A DNA stretch of 63,192 nucleotides, filler included, from Bipalium vagum (GCA_037834085.1; 3 parts of 3 records of this genome joined end to end with filler, not necessarily neighbours in it); one strand, 5' to 3'. Shown: positions 14,164 through 24,248, counted from the whole stretch's first letter. Program-made: numbers and translations. The notes: generated by a model not told the origin, from the sequence alone.

Positions 14164-14416
14164 TGTAAGTCAAAAACAACATATATATGAAAAGACACAA
14201 AAACATAATAGAATGAACTTTTTATTTTTGTTGGCGAAACTCTTATCCAGCTCATCTAACCTACACAGAGGTTGCTGTGGGCCTATCTAAAGAGCTCGTA
14301 TCTCACAGTAGTAGTGGAAAAAACAAAGATGAAACCCAATATAAGAATACATTTCAACGTCAACCGTGTACGTGTATGTATGTGCATGTATAAAATTATT
14401 ATGTTTAAGTCTTACA
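14164..14416 (-). mobile_element. Possible solo LTR
   Basis: TGTAAGTC...GTCTTACA termini, higher GC than the flanks, AATAAA near the 3' end on the minus strand. No TSD seen. Confidence 0.35.
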
Positions 14417-14592
14417 CCGTTAGACTTTTTTATAAATATATTGATTTAAGAGTTTCCCACCGTGGAACTATTTTGGTACATGTGTCCTACACGGCTTGTA
14501 GTCCTATTATAATTTTTGATTTTATCACATTGTTGTTTATCGACAATAACATTTTTGACTTTACAAAATATATTTAAAATATTTTATTAAAA

Positions 14593-15060
14593 ATGAAGAA
14601 AAAAATCAATCAACAATATTTAAACCAATCAGATATAGATGAAAATGAATCTACTTATTATTGTGAAATCTGCGATAAAAGTTTCAAAACTAAAACTTAA
14701 AGCTTTTATTAGTCATTCAAAATCTAGAGGTCATAACACATAGTGTATCCTGCTTGTACCCCCATTTTCTTCATGAACAAAAACAGCCCCCAAAAAAGGT
14801 TAAAAAAATATTTTTGGCTACAAAGAAATAATACAAAATTACTAAAAATATAAAAAATATAAAAATATATAAAAATATTAAAAAATATATATAAAATATA
14901 ATAAATGCATAAAAAATATATTTTAAAAATTTAGGGCTTGTTTTTGTTCACGAAAAAATGTGTCTACAAGCAGGGTACACTATGTGTCATACAAATATAA
15001 AAAATATAAAATACATTTTGTGTCATATAAATATAAAAAAAATCATTAAAAAAATAAAAT
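14593..15060 (+). pseudogene. Small C2H2 zinc-finger ORF (viral accessory), interrupted by a MITE
   Basis: MKKKINQQYLNQSDIDENESTYYCEICDKSFKTK..AFISHSKSRGH; the frame continues as TNIKNIK once the MITE is removed. Confidence 0.6.
14736..14987. mobile_element. 252-bp MITE with about 54-bp TIRs and 4-bp CATA TSD
   Basis: Left end ACACATAGTGTATCCTGCTTGTA..GAACAAAAACAGCCC; right end GGGCTTGTTTTTGTTC..TACAAGCAGGGTACACTATGTGT. CATA at 14732-14735 and 14988-14991. Confidence 0.9.
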
Positions 15061-15337
15061 GATAATAAAAAATATTTTTTCACCAATACAAATATTTTTA
15101 AAAAAAATAAAAATGTTATTTTTTATTTTAAAAAGTGAATAATCAAAAATATTTTGAAGAATATTATAAAGCTTATTCACCACAGTATTCAGAAAAAAAT
15201 AATGTAAAATTAATAAGAAATCGCACAACTGATAAGGTTTTGGATGAAATTAATGAAGTATTTAATTAATTAATTTATCAATACTAAATTTAATTTTAAA
15301 TTTATATTATCAATCTACACAATTATTTAAATTTCAA

Positions 15338-15890
15338 ATGACTAATAACTGTTTTTCAAAAGAATATTTCTATCCTATGTATGAATATTTTAATGTAGAT
15401 AAAAATGAATGTATTTTTAATCTTATTGAAACTAAAATTAGAGGTTTATATTTTAATGAATTAGAAAATGTTACTCAACAGCATAAAAAAATATTTTTGA
15501 AAAATTAAATAAAAAATGAAAATCTAATCGATGGAAAAATTGTAATATTTTAACAAATCCAGATAACTTTTATAAAGCAAGAAAATATTGTAAAAAATGT
15601 CATTATAATATTAATTTTATCAAAATACAAAAATAATTATCAAAATACAAAAGAAAAATATGAGAACAACAATACTTATAAAAATTGTAATTATTGTAAT
15701 CAATGTTTACCTTTATCAGATTTTGAAGATGGAATAAATAAATGTAAAGAATGTAGAAATAAGTATAAAAGCAAAATTCGAAAATAAATTGTACTGGGAA
15801 CAAATAAATATTTTTAGTTGAGTATAACAAAAATAGCCAAACAAATTTAAAACTAAAAAAATCAAATTTAAAAAAAAATTTTTTAAATAT
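15338..15890 (+). pseudogene. Viral accessory ORF remnant with a Cys4-type zinc-binding motif
   Basis: KNCNYCNQCLPLSDFEDGINKCKECRNKYK at about 15680-15770. Frameshifted. Confidence 0.4.
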
Positions 15891-16088
15891 TTGTACAATT
15901 AGATATAAAAATTGAAGGTAATATTTTTTCATCTTGTAAATTTATAAAAATATGATTATATCTTTCTTTCATATAAATAATCAAAATCATCTTTCTCCAT
16001 GAAATGAGCTCACATTTTTGAATAAATTTGATTTTTATCATTTTTAAAAATTTTAAATAAAATTAAAGCATTAGTATTATTTCTTATG
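15883..16088 (-). pseudogene. Packaging ATPase C-terminal fragment, second diverged copy
   Basis: IRNNTNALILFKIFKNDKNQIYSKM..FMEKDDFDYLY..YNHIFINLQDEKI. Aligns at DNA level with 18625-18785. Confidence 0.8.
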
Positions 16089-16099
16089 CCTCGGTGTGC

Positions 16100-16862
16100 T
16101 ACACAAATCTAAATAGAGGTCAGAGAAGAAACACGAATTTTTACGAAGGTAATCAGGAGATGAATAGAAGTAAAAGAATTAATGTGGTTTTCAAATAATC
16201 GAATGGCAGTTCATTATAAGAAATATCAAACAAAAATTGATAAACCAATATATTTAGGATTTAGTATTTTAGAATTATCAAAATTAATTATGTAAAAATT
16301 TTATTATGATGTTCTAAAAATTAAAATATAATAATGATATTGAATTCATTTCTTAAGATACTGATTCATTTGTAATGAATATAAAAACAAATGATCTTTA
16401 TGAAGATTTAAATGATTTAAAAGATTGAATTAATTTTTCGGAATATAAAGAGAATGAATTTCCTACTATTTAAAATTAGAAAAAGATGATTATACTAAAA
16501 ATAAAAAAGTATTAGGAAAGTTAACAGGTTAAATAAAGGGTGAAATATTAATAGAATTTGCAGCATTAAAATCAAAATTATATGCTTATAAAAGAAAAAA
16601 TTTTATTCTAATAAGGAATCTGAATAACTTAAAAATTAAGGAATTCAAAAATTTGTTGTTAAACATGAATTTGAAGTTAGAAGATTTTAAAAATAAATTA
16701 ATAAATCCAGTAATAACAGAAAAAGATTTTAGAATAAATACCAATATAAAATCTGATAAGCATGATATATTTCTTTTATAATAAAATAAAAAAGCATTAG
16801 ACCGGTTTGATGATAAAAGATTTTATTTAAATAATATTGAATCAACACCATATGGATTTTAA
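16100..16862 (+). pseudogene. Protein-primed family B DNA polymerase (Polinton type), C-terminal fragment
   Basis: KPIYLGFSILELSKLIM*KFYYD; motif C DTDS; NKKVLGK; EFAALKSKLYAY; KALDRFDDKRFYLNNIESTPYGF* (stop 16860-16862). N-terminal two-thirds are missing. Confidence 0.93.
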
Positions 16863-17389
16863 ACTAAGAAAAAATGGATTCATATTTTAAAAATATTTTT
16901 ATAAAAAAACTAATAAATGAAAAAAATTGTTTTTTTAAAATTTTCTGAATTTTTGGCAATAAAAACAAAAGTAAACCAATAAATAAATAATTAAAATAAT
17001 AATAATATTTCTGTAGTATTATCTCTATCAAGATCTTTTTAAAAATTATAAATAAAAATTATAGAAAATATAATAAAATAAGTATATCTAAAATATCCAA
17101 TAAATAGATAATTAAAAAATAAAATATTTCTTTAATATTATCTCTTTCAAGATCTTTAAAAAAATTAAATGAGAATAAACAGTAAAAAAGGCAATAAAAA
17201 TATGTAATAAAAAATTTAATAATTTTAACAAATTATAAAAATATAAAATTTAAATTTTTTTAATTTTTAACTCTCTTTTGTGAACATCTTAGATCTTCTA
17301 GAGACCTTTTCTCGCCTTTGTTTTAATATTAAACATTTTTCCTCCTTTTAATTTTATTTCCATAAATTGTTCTTGCAACAAAAGAAAAT

Positions 17390-18515
17390 TTTTCCTTTAA
17401 AATTTTTATCTTTTAAAATATAAAGAGGTACAACTGCACCATATAAGCATACATTTTTTGGTTGATCTTTTAAATCAAAACATGAATATAAATATTGAAT
17501 ATTGAATATAAATTTTGAAATTCCAATAAACTTAATTGAGGGTCATTTCCAAAATATTCACATGCTTTCACATAATTTGAATAAGTTCTATTATTTTTCC
17601 CTTTTTCAAATTGAATTGGATTTAATGGATAATAAGAATTATTAACTTGAATTCTTAAAGATTTTATTTTATCTTGAATAAACAAACTATTATTTTTTGT
17701 AAATTCAAATTCAGATTCTCTAAAAGTTATAAATAAATAAATTGGTTTATTTGGAATATTATATAATTGTAATGTTTGAGTAGTTCCTTCTGATAAATTT
17801 CTTTATTCACAATGTCTTGATAAAAAATTTACAATAATATTTTTTCCATCATCAATTTTACTTATTAATTTTAATTCAGTTTCAGGATTTAATTGTAATT
17901 CTGGAATAAATAATTTTAATTCAAGTAATTTTATTTTTCCATCTCCGTTTGTTTCATAAAATATTTCTTTATCAATATCTATTCTTCTATAACTCTATTA
18001 AAATATTGTAAAATACCAAATATTAATTTTAATGGAAATTCATCTGTATATTTATTTTGAGAGGATAATCTTTTTCTTGATTTAAATCCGTTATTGTTTA
18101 TTGTTACATCTTCTTTTTCTTTATCAGGAATCAATCCAAATATTTCTCCTTTAAAATTTTCATTATTAAAGATTATAAAATTTGATATAAAATTTGAGAC
18201 TCCTAAATATTCAATTGTTTCTACTTCTGTTGAACCTAACTTCAAAATTGCATTAGAAAATAGATATGGGAAAAAATATTTTGTAGAGTTATATTTTTAT
18301 CTGCTTTTATATCTAATATTTCAATTTCAAAAACTAAAAGTGTTTCTGAAAAATCTAAAGCATTTGCTGATTGTAATAAACTAAAAGTTAAATTTCTATT
18401 TTTATTTAAATTTGTTGCTGTTGTAGGATTTAAAGAAATCTATAAATAGTCACTTTTTCTTAGTTGTTAAATCTTGATGATATGTATTTTTATCTAAGTT
18501 CAAATTATTACTCAT
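17390..18515 (-). pseudogene. Polinton-type double jelly-roll major capsid protein
   Basis: ATG at 18515. FPYLFSNAILKLGSTEVETIEYLGV resembles the Polinton MCP LF..I...L.G.EI motif. C-terminal LRIQVNNSYYP..Y.NY....YFG.DPQLSLLEFQNLY. Several stops and frameshifts. Confidence 0.8.
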
Positions 18516-18539
18516 TTTTTAGAAAAAAACCGAAGGTGT

Positions 18540-19136
18540 CTAAAATATTAAAATGTGCAGCAGCCTTTGACTTAGAGGATATAGTCCTCGCTTTGTTGCT
18601 AGCTCAACTTAGTTGCTCTCTAAATTTATAAAAAAAAATTATAGTTTTCTTTCATATGGAAATCATATAAATAATCAAACTCATCTTTCTCTATGAATTG
18701 ATCTAACATTTTTGAATAAATTTGATTTTTATCTGATTTTGAAATTTTAAATAAAATTAAAATATTAGTATTATTTCTTATACTTCTTAAAGGTAAATCA
18801 AAAAATGATTGAGATAAATATATTACTGAACATTTATTATGTCTTCTTTTTGTAAAAAACATTTCCATAATAGTTTGATTTTTTTATTTATTACACCATC
18901 AAAAATAATTAAATTTTTTTGTTTTTTATCTAATTTATCAGGAAGTTGAATTTCACTTGCTTTATCTGATAAATTATCAGAGCAGTCCATGCGCATGTGA
19001 AGGTCTGAAATTTAAATGTAATATCAGAATTTTTACTTTGTACAACAGGTGATGTTGAAAATTTTTGAGATAATAGATTTGATATTTTTTGTAAAACGAC
19101 TACAAAGTTGTCTAGACCATGAGTCGCTGTTTCCAT
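18540..19136 (-). pseudogene. A32/FtsK-like packaging ATPase lacking the Walker A region
   Basis: KNLIIFDG (decayed Walker B), then FFTKRRHNKCSVIYLSQSFFDLPLRSIRNNTNILILFK (RH..S....Q and IR.N motifs). Lies immediately upstream of the MCP gene. Confidence 0.88.
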
Positions 19137-19179
19137 TTTTTAGAGAAAAATTTCAATCAGAAACTAATTCATATTTTTC

Positions 19180-20092
19180 TATTATTTTATCATAATTTTT
19201 TTCTTTAATTCTTTTTTTTTAAATTTATTTAAAATCTTTAAAATTAAATGATCAAGATTATCATGCCTGCTTTTTAGCTGCTAAATATTTGCTTAAAGTT
19301 ACAAACTGATCAAGAGTATGTTTTGGTTTGTAAATTTTATAACCTTCTGCTTCTCTTTTTATTTTTGTTTTTCATTCAATTTCTTTTGAATATATTTTAT
19401 AGATAATGACTTCATAGATGTTGTAACAAATTTGGTGAATTCTAAATATAAAGCTAAATCTTTATCATTAAATTATTTTTTCCACTGATTATTATAAATA
19501 TATGAATAATATTTTCCTTTTCAAAAAAGACCTAAAAACAACTGTTAAAGTTGACCAATTATCAGAATTTGGATGTTTCATACAAATTTCATTATTCTTA
19601 TTTTTTGTTAATTCGAACTTAATATTATTTATTGTCATAAAATTTTTACTAATTATAGTTTGAAGAGTATTTGGTAAATCTGAATTAATATCAAAATGTT
19701 CAAAAAAATTAATATCTTCATATTTAGGAGGAAGATCAATCTTTTTATTAAAAATATTATCAGTTGTTTCATCTTTAATTTTAGCTTCGATTTGTTTTTG
19801 TTCACTAATTTCTTCAGTTAAAATAGAAGTATTTTTATTAACTTTCTTTTTCTGTTTTTTATTTTTCGTTTTGCATACCAAAAGTATTAGAGACTCCGTC
19901 TAGTAAAATTTTTGTTTCTTGTATAGATTTATTAACTACATTAGTTACAGGTTTATGAAAAATTTTTAAATCTTGTTGAATTCTTCTTTCTTCTTTCCAT
20001 TGATTTAATTGAGTAGTGTCAAATTTCTTTTTACCGCAATTTAGTTGTGTAATTCTTATTTTAAGTTCGATTGAATTTTGATTTGCATCCAT
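19180..20092 (-). pseudogene. Conserved Polinton-associated uncharacterised protein (frameshifted)
   Basis: Overlapping ORFs 20092-19859 and 19881-19492 continue to SKYLAAKK(A)GHDNLDHLILKIL, resembling the C-terminal L..A.K.AG.N motif recalled from Polinton ORFs. N-terminal KIFHKPVT. Confidence 0.55.
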
Positions 20093-20369
20093 TTTTTTAA
20101 AAATATTTTGACAGAAAATAAATATATTATTTTATACAAAACTTTGTATTGGAAATGAATAGAAATTCAAGATGCACCAAAGCTGCTATGGCTACCAGGG
20201 GAAGTCATAATATTCAATTTCCAAAAAATCATAAATATCTTGAAGAGATTGAATTTCAATATTTTTTAAAATAGGAAACATTTCTAATAAATATGAAATT
20301 TTACTTAATTCAAAAAGTTTACTATTATATAAAGCACACATTATTTAAAAATAAAAATGATTATTTTTT

Positions 20370-21056
20370 ATAGTGTTAACTTTTTTTACATGCTCTTTTT
20401 TCAATTCTATTTTCAACTCTCGCTTAGTTTCATTTTTAACATTTTCAATAATATTTTATGATTTAATTTTTTAATATTTTCTTTACATTCATTAATAATT
20501 ATTTTTGCTTGTTCAATTTCTTCATTAGTTAATATTTTATCTTCTAATGCTTTCATTTAAATATATAAAGTTTACTAATTAAATTTTCTATTGATTCACA
20601 AATTTCTCTATAAGGTTTTTTTCTTTTAGATGTTAGATTTTTAAAAATAGTTTCAGAAATAAATAAATTTGCAGCTCCAAAAATTCCAGTACCAACAGGA
20701 ATATAAATTAATAAACCAACCTCAAAAGTTGAAACACCTGTTAAAATTGTTGTACCAATTCCAACACTTCCAGTAATTATATAATTTCCTAATTTTAAAA
20801 GTGAATCTATTTTAGTATATTTAAATTTTAATATTTTATAATGTGTTAATATGTCTTCTAAAACTTTTTTTTCATTCATAAAATTTTCAATTTTTAATTT
20901 TTCAAGTTGATCTATTAATGGATTAGAATCTTCTTATATAAATTTGGAAGATAATCTTCTCATATTTCCATTACTTTCTAAATTTGGATAAAGCGACCGA
21001 AGGTCTAGACAACTCTGCTGTCGTTTTTCCAAAGTAGCAGTTGATTCAATTTCCAT
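20370..21056 (-). pseudogene. Polinton-associated membrane-active-type protein (Gly-rich hydrophobic segment)
   Basis: MEIESTATLEK..LYPNL..; IITGSVGIGTTILTGVSTFEVGLLIYIPVGTGIFGAANLF; followed by ALEDKILTNEE. Confidence 0.6.
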
Positions 21057-21199
21057 TTTTTAATATAAATTTTGAAAAAAGGAAAGATTTTTTAGTATTT
21101 TACATTGTAAAGAATTGGGAAGAAGTCTCAGAACGCTACACTGTAGTGTATATTTGGATAAAACGTTTTCATAATAATTTCAATCTTTTCCATTTCACT

Positions 21200-22173
21200 T
21201 TTAAATAAATTTCTTTTAAAAATCATGATTTCATAAATTGTTATATTTTTTGAATTAAATTGAAATTCTTACTTACAACTTGATGGAAAAATTTATGAAT
21301 ATTTTTCTTCTGATTTATAGAAAAAATGTAAATGTATTGGAAAAGTAAGTGATTTAGTACATTTCAAAAATATTAAATCGGTCCCGAATTTAGATTCTGT
21401 TACTTCGGTTCGTCCTATTGATTTTCCATTAACAAAAAATAATTCCTATTTTTATTATACCAACCAAAAACATAATATTTATTTTCAGTTCCAAAATTTA
21501 TATCATCTTTTTTATAATTAATTTTTTCTTCAACTAATATTTTGTAAAAGGTTCAATTAAAGAATTAGAAATATTTCCAAATAAATATCCATCACTATTT
21601 GCAGTGATATTTAGACCAGAAACATTTATACTTTTTGATATTGATGATTTCCAAAATGAATGCCAAATATTTGGTCTAAATGTTTCATTTAATTTTTATA
21701 ATCATCTTTTGCATTAAAGATTTTTAGTTTTAAAATATATTTTTTCGATTTTAGTTTTTCATCATGGAATTCTTTTTCTATATTTTTAATTTTTATATTT
21801 AATTCACTTAAGTCATTTTCAAATATTTTTTAATATTTATTGTTTATCATTTACATTAATTATTTTTTCACTTCTTATTATATTTAATTTATCATCTATA
21901 TATTTTTTATTTACAACATAATTATCTTCAGTAGGATTTGGAATATTTATTATTTTATTATTACCATATTTAAAATTACTTTCATTGAATTTCCAGTATT
22001 ATATAAAATTTATTTTTTGAGTAATTCTTAATATTTATAATTTCTTCATTTAGTTAATTTGTTTCTTCATTATTTTTATCATCATAGTAAATTGGTGGTT
22101 TAGTTTTAGTATAAATATATTCTCCATTTTCAGTAACATTAACAAAAACTTTATCGCCTGAATCATCTTGCAT
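21200..22173 (-). pseudogene. Putative fibre/receptor-binding protein
   Basis: ATG at 22173. GNNKIINIPNPTEDNYVVNKKYID matches the I.NL..P....D...K.YVD fibre-shaft motif, followed by a coiled coil and a beta-rich C-terminal region. Confidence 0.5.
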
Positions 22174-22269
22174 TTTTTAATTTTTAATTTTTAGTTTCAT
22201 CTTCTCAAAAATAACATATTCTAACTCTTCTAAAATTTCCTCAAATTTTTTATTATTATATAAATGATA

Positions 22270-22674
22270 TTAAACATATAAAGATAATTGCCCACAATAT
22301 TTCAAATCTGTTTCAGAATGAAAATCAGATTTGTTGTACTCTTTTACATGTTTTTCTAAATCTTCAAGTGGTGGTAAACCATATGAATCAAAGTAAAAAT
22401 TTTTATAATATCCAATCCAATGAATTCCTTTTTTAATTGTATTTTGATAATTAATAATTAATGGAATTTCTGATTTAACTCTTTTATCAGTTACTTCATC
22501 CCGCATTAAAACTTTTAAGGGTAGTTCTAAGTTCTCAGCAAAATCTATTAAATCAAAATTTGATGTTGAATTACTTTCATATTTACAAAAAAATGAAAGC
22601 AAGCCGGCCTTTGGCAGAGGGCAGAGCCCGCTTTCACAAGGACCTCATCTGAATTCTAGTAAGTTTTGTGTCAT
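22270..22674 (-). pseudogene. Adenain-like cysteine protease (Polinton PRO)
   Basis: SNFDL..VLMRDE..IINYQNTIKKGIHWIGY..YFDSYGLPP..YN......CGQLSL, with the catalytic H, D and C motifs. An in-frame ATG at 22674 is followed by one premature TGA. Confidence 0.9.
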
Positions 22675-22904
22675 ATTTTTTAAAAAATAAAAACAAAAAT
22701 TAATCTTCAACCTCTGGTAAAATAACCAAAATTTCATAAGTTGTAAAATTTATATTTATTATAATACTCCATCTCTCACAAGATTCACAATCGCATTCAT
22801 CCTTTTTTTTTATTTTTTCTAGATTTTTTTTAGACTATTTTATGTTTGAAAAAATTTGAGCTGGAAAAACGAGCCTTCAGCTCTAGCACCTTCGGTGTGA
22901 ATTT

Positions 22905-23518
22905 CTAATTATATTTTCTCATAGGGATCAAAATATAAACCATTTCCTTGTTTAATATTATAATAATTTTAATTTTATTTTTACATAATTTTTGGAATAA
23001 TTCCTTTAAATATTTCCTTTCAGATTTCAGTACACCTTTAAATTTTGAACTATTTAAAATTGTATCTTTTAATCCTTCTCCAAAATATGGATCGAAGTAA
23101 AGTCCAGCTCTAGATTTTTGATCCTCTTTGCACACCCTTAGTAGTTCGAGCTTCAATCGGTTTCAATTCGACCTCGGTCTTGCCTGCTTTGCAGAGCTTT
23201 TCCACTTTCATTTCTTTTTCTCTAATTCTATTTTTTCTTTCTCAGCATTATTTTTTGAGTTTCTTTTACTTTTTGAACAGTTGTCGCAATTCCTCCTGCA
23301 ACTCCACCTGCTACTCCTAATCCAGCAAAGATTGCTCCAAGTATTAGAATTAATGGAAGAACACCGCCCTGTTTAATTTCTTCATTTTCATTTATTTGTA
23401 CTTTAACTTGAATTATTATTATTTTAGAGAGGTAGTATTTTTCTCCATTATAAATGATGGATTTTGGTTTACACATTTCGATAATATTTTGTAATTTTTC
23501 CTCTGTGATTTCGGACAT
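22905..23518 (-). pseudogene. Polinton/adintovirus core-like protein with GG/GxG protease-type sites, right copy
   Basis: KQGGVLPLILILGAIFAGLGVAGGVAGGIATTVQK, plus repeated RAGLYFDPY / GNGLYFDPY motifs. Adjacent to the protease gene. Frameshifted. Confidence 0.75.
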
Positions 23519-24148
23519 GATTTCTTAATAAAAAAATTGAAAACGTGGAGAAATTTTATTTGATTTATTTTGATTGAAATGATGAATTTTTGGAATTGTT
23601 TAAAACACAAAATTTTTATTTGTATTTATTTGTTTTAATCTTACTTTAAGATTTTATTTATTTTTAATTTTAATTAATAACATGTTACAGAAAATTACAT
23701 AATTGTAAATAAAATTTCATTTATAATAATGTCATTTGTTCATTTAGATATATACCCTTTTTCAAATTTATTTTTATATTTAAAAATGCTTACTTTATCT
23801 CCAATATGATATACTGATGTGCAAATTTAATGACAACAGTTGAAATTAATTATATTTAAAAATAAATGAAATTTTTAGTGTAGAAAATTAATGTTTATTA
23901 AAAGTAATAACTTATTACTAATAAGTAAATAAATAATTTTTAACTTGATCAAATAACTATTTGTTTAAATATTCAATTACAATTTTTTAAAAGGTTCAAA
24001 TTAATTGAAAACAGTATTATATTTTAAAGTATTATTTATAATTTAATATGTAGTTATGAAGAATTATGAAGAAAAAATTATATATTTTTTTTACGAAATG
24101 AAGGATGGAGCTACACAAGAATATCTGAAAAAGTCAAATTATCTAGAG

Positions 24149-24248
24149 NNNNNNNNNNNNNNNNNNNNNNNNNNNNNNNNNNNNNNNNNNNNTTAATTAA
24201 TTAANNNNNNNNNNNNNNNNNNNNNNNNNNNNNNNNNNNNNNNNNNNN
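24149..24248. other. Assembly gap spacer (N44-TTAATTAATTAA-N44)
   Basis: 100-nt artificial linker with stops in all six frames; identical to 46725-46824. Confidence 0.97.

Larger units (their letters stand above)
13200..23620. mobile_element. Decayed endogenous Polinton/Maverick (adintovirus-like) region, probably two related elements fused
   Basis: Intronless, densely packed ORF remnants for pPolB, major capsid protein, packaging ATPase (two copies), adenain-like protease, GG-cleavage core-like protein (two copies) and a fibre-like protein. No integrase, penton or TIRs recognised. Boundaries approximate. Confidence 0.88.

Noticed and set aside
15046-15932. Phe/Leu/Ile-rich minus-strand ORFs as membrane proteins (also at 35606-36326 and 51032-51232)
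   Set aside because: Compositional artefacts of T-rich strands.
16100-23518. Stop-codon reassignment in the viral genes
   Set aside because: In-frame TAA/TAG/TGA fall at positions expected to be different residues (Y, E, W, Q) and occur together with many frameshifts, which fits neutral decay.
13225-23518. The two core-like gene copies as terminal inverted repeats of one element
   Set aside because: They are too diverged, with different indels and C-termini, and the ATPase duplicate is in direct orientation.
24193-24204. TTAATTAATTAA palindrome inside the N runs (also at about 46769)
   Set aside because: Identical artificial six-frame-stop linker in both gaps; not biological.
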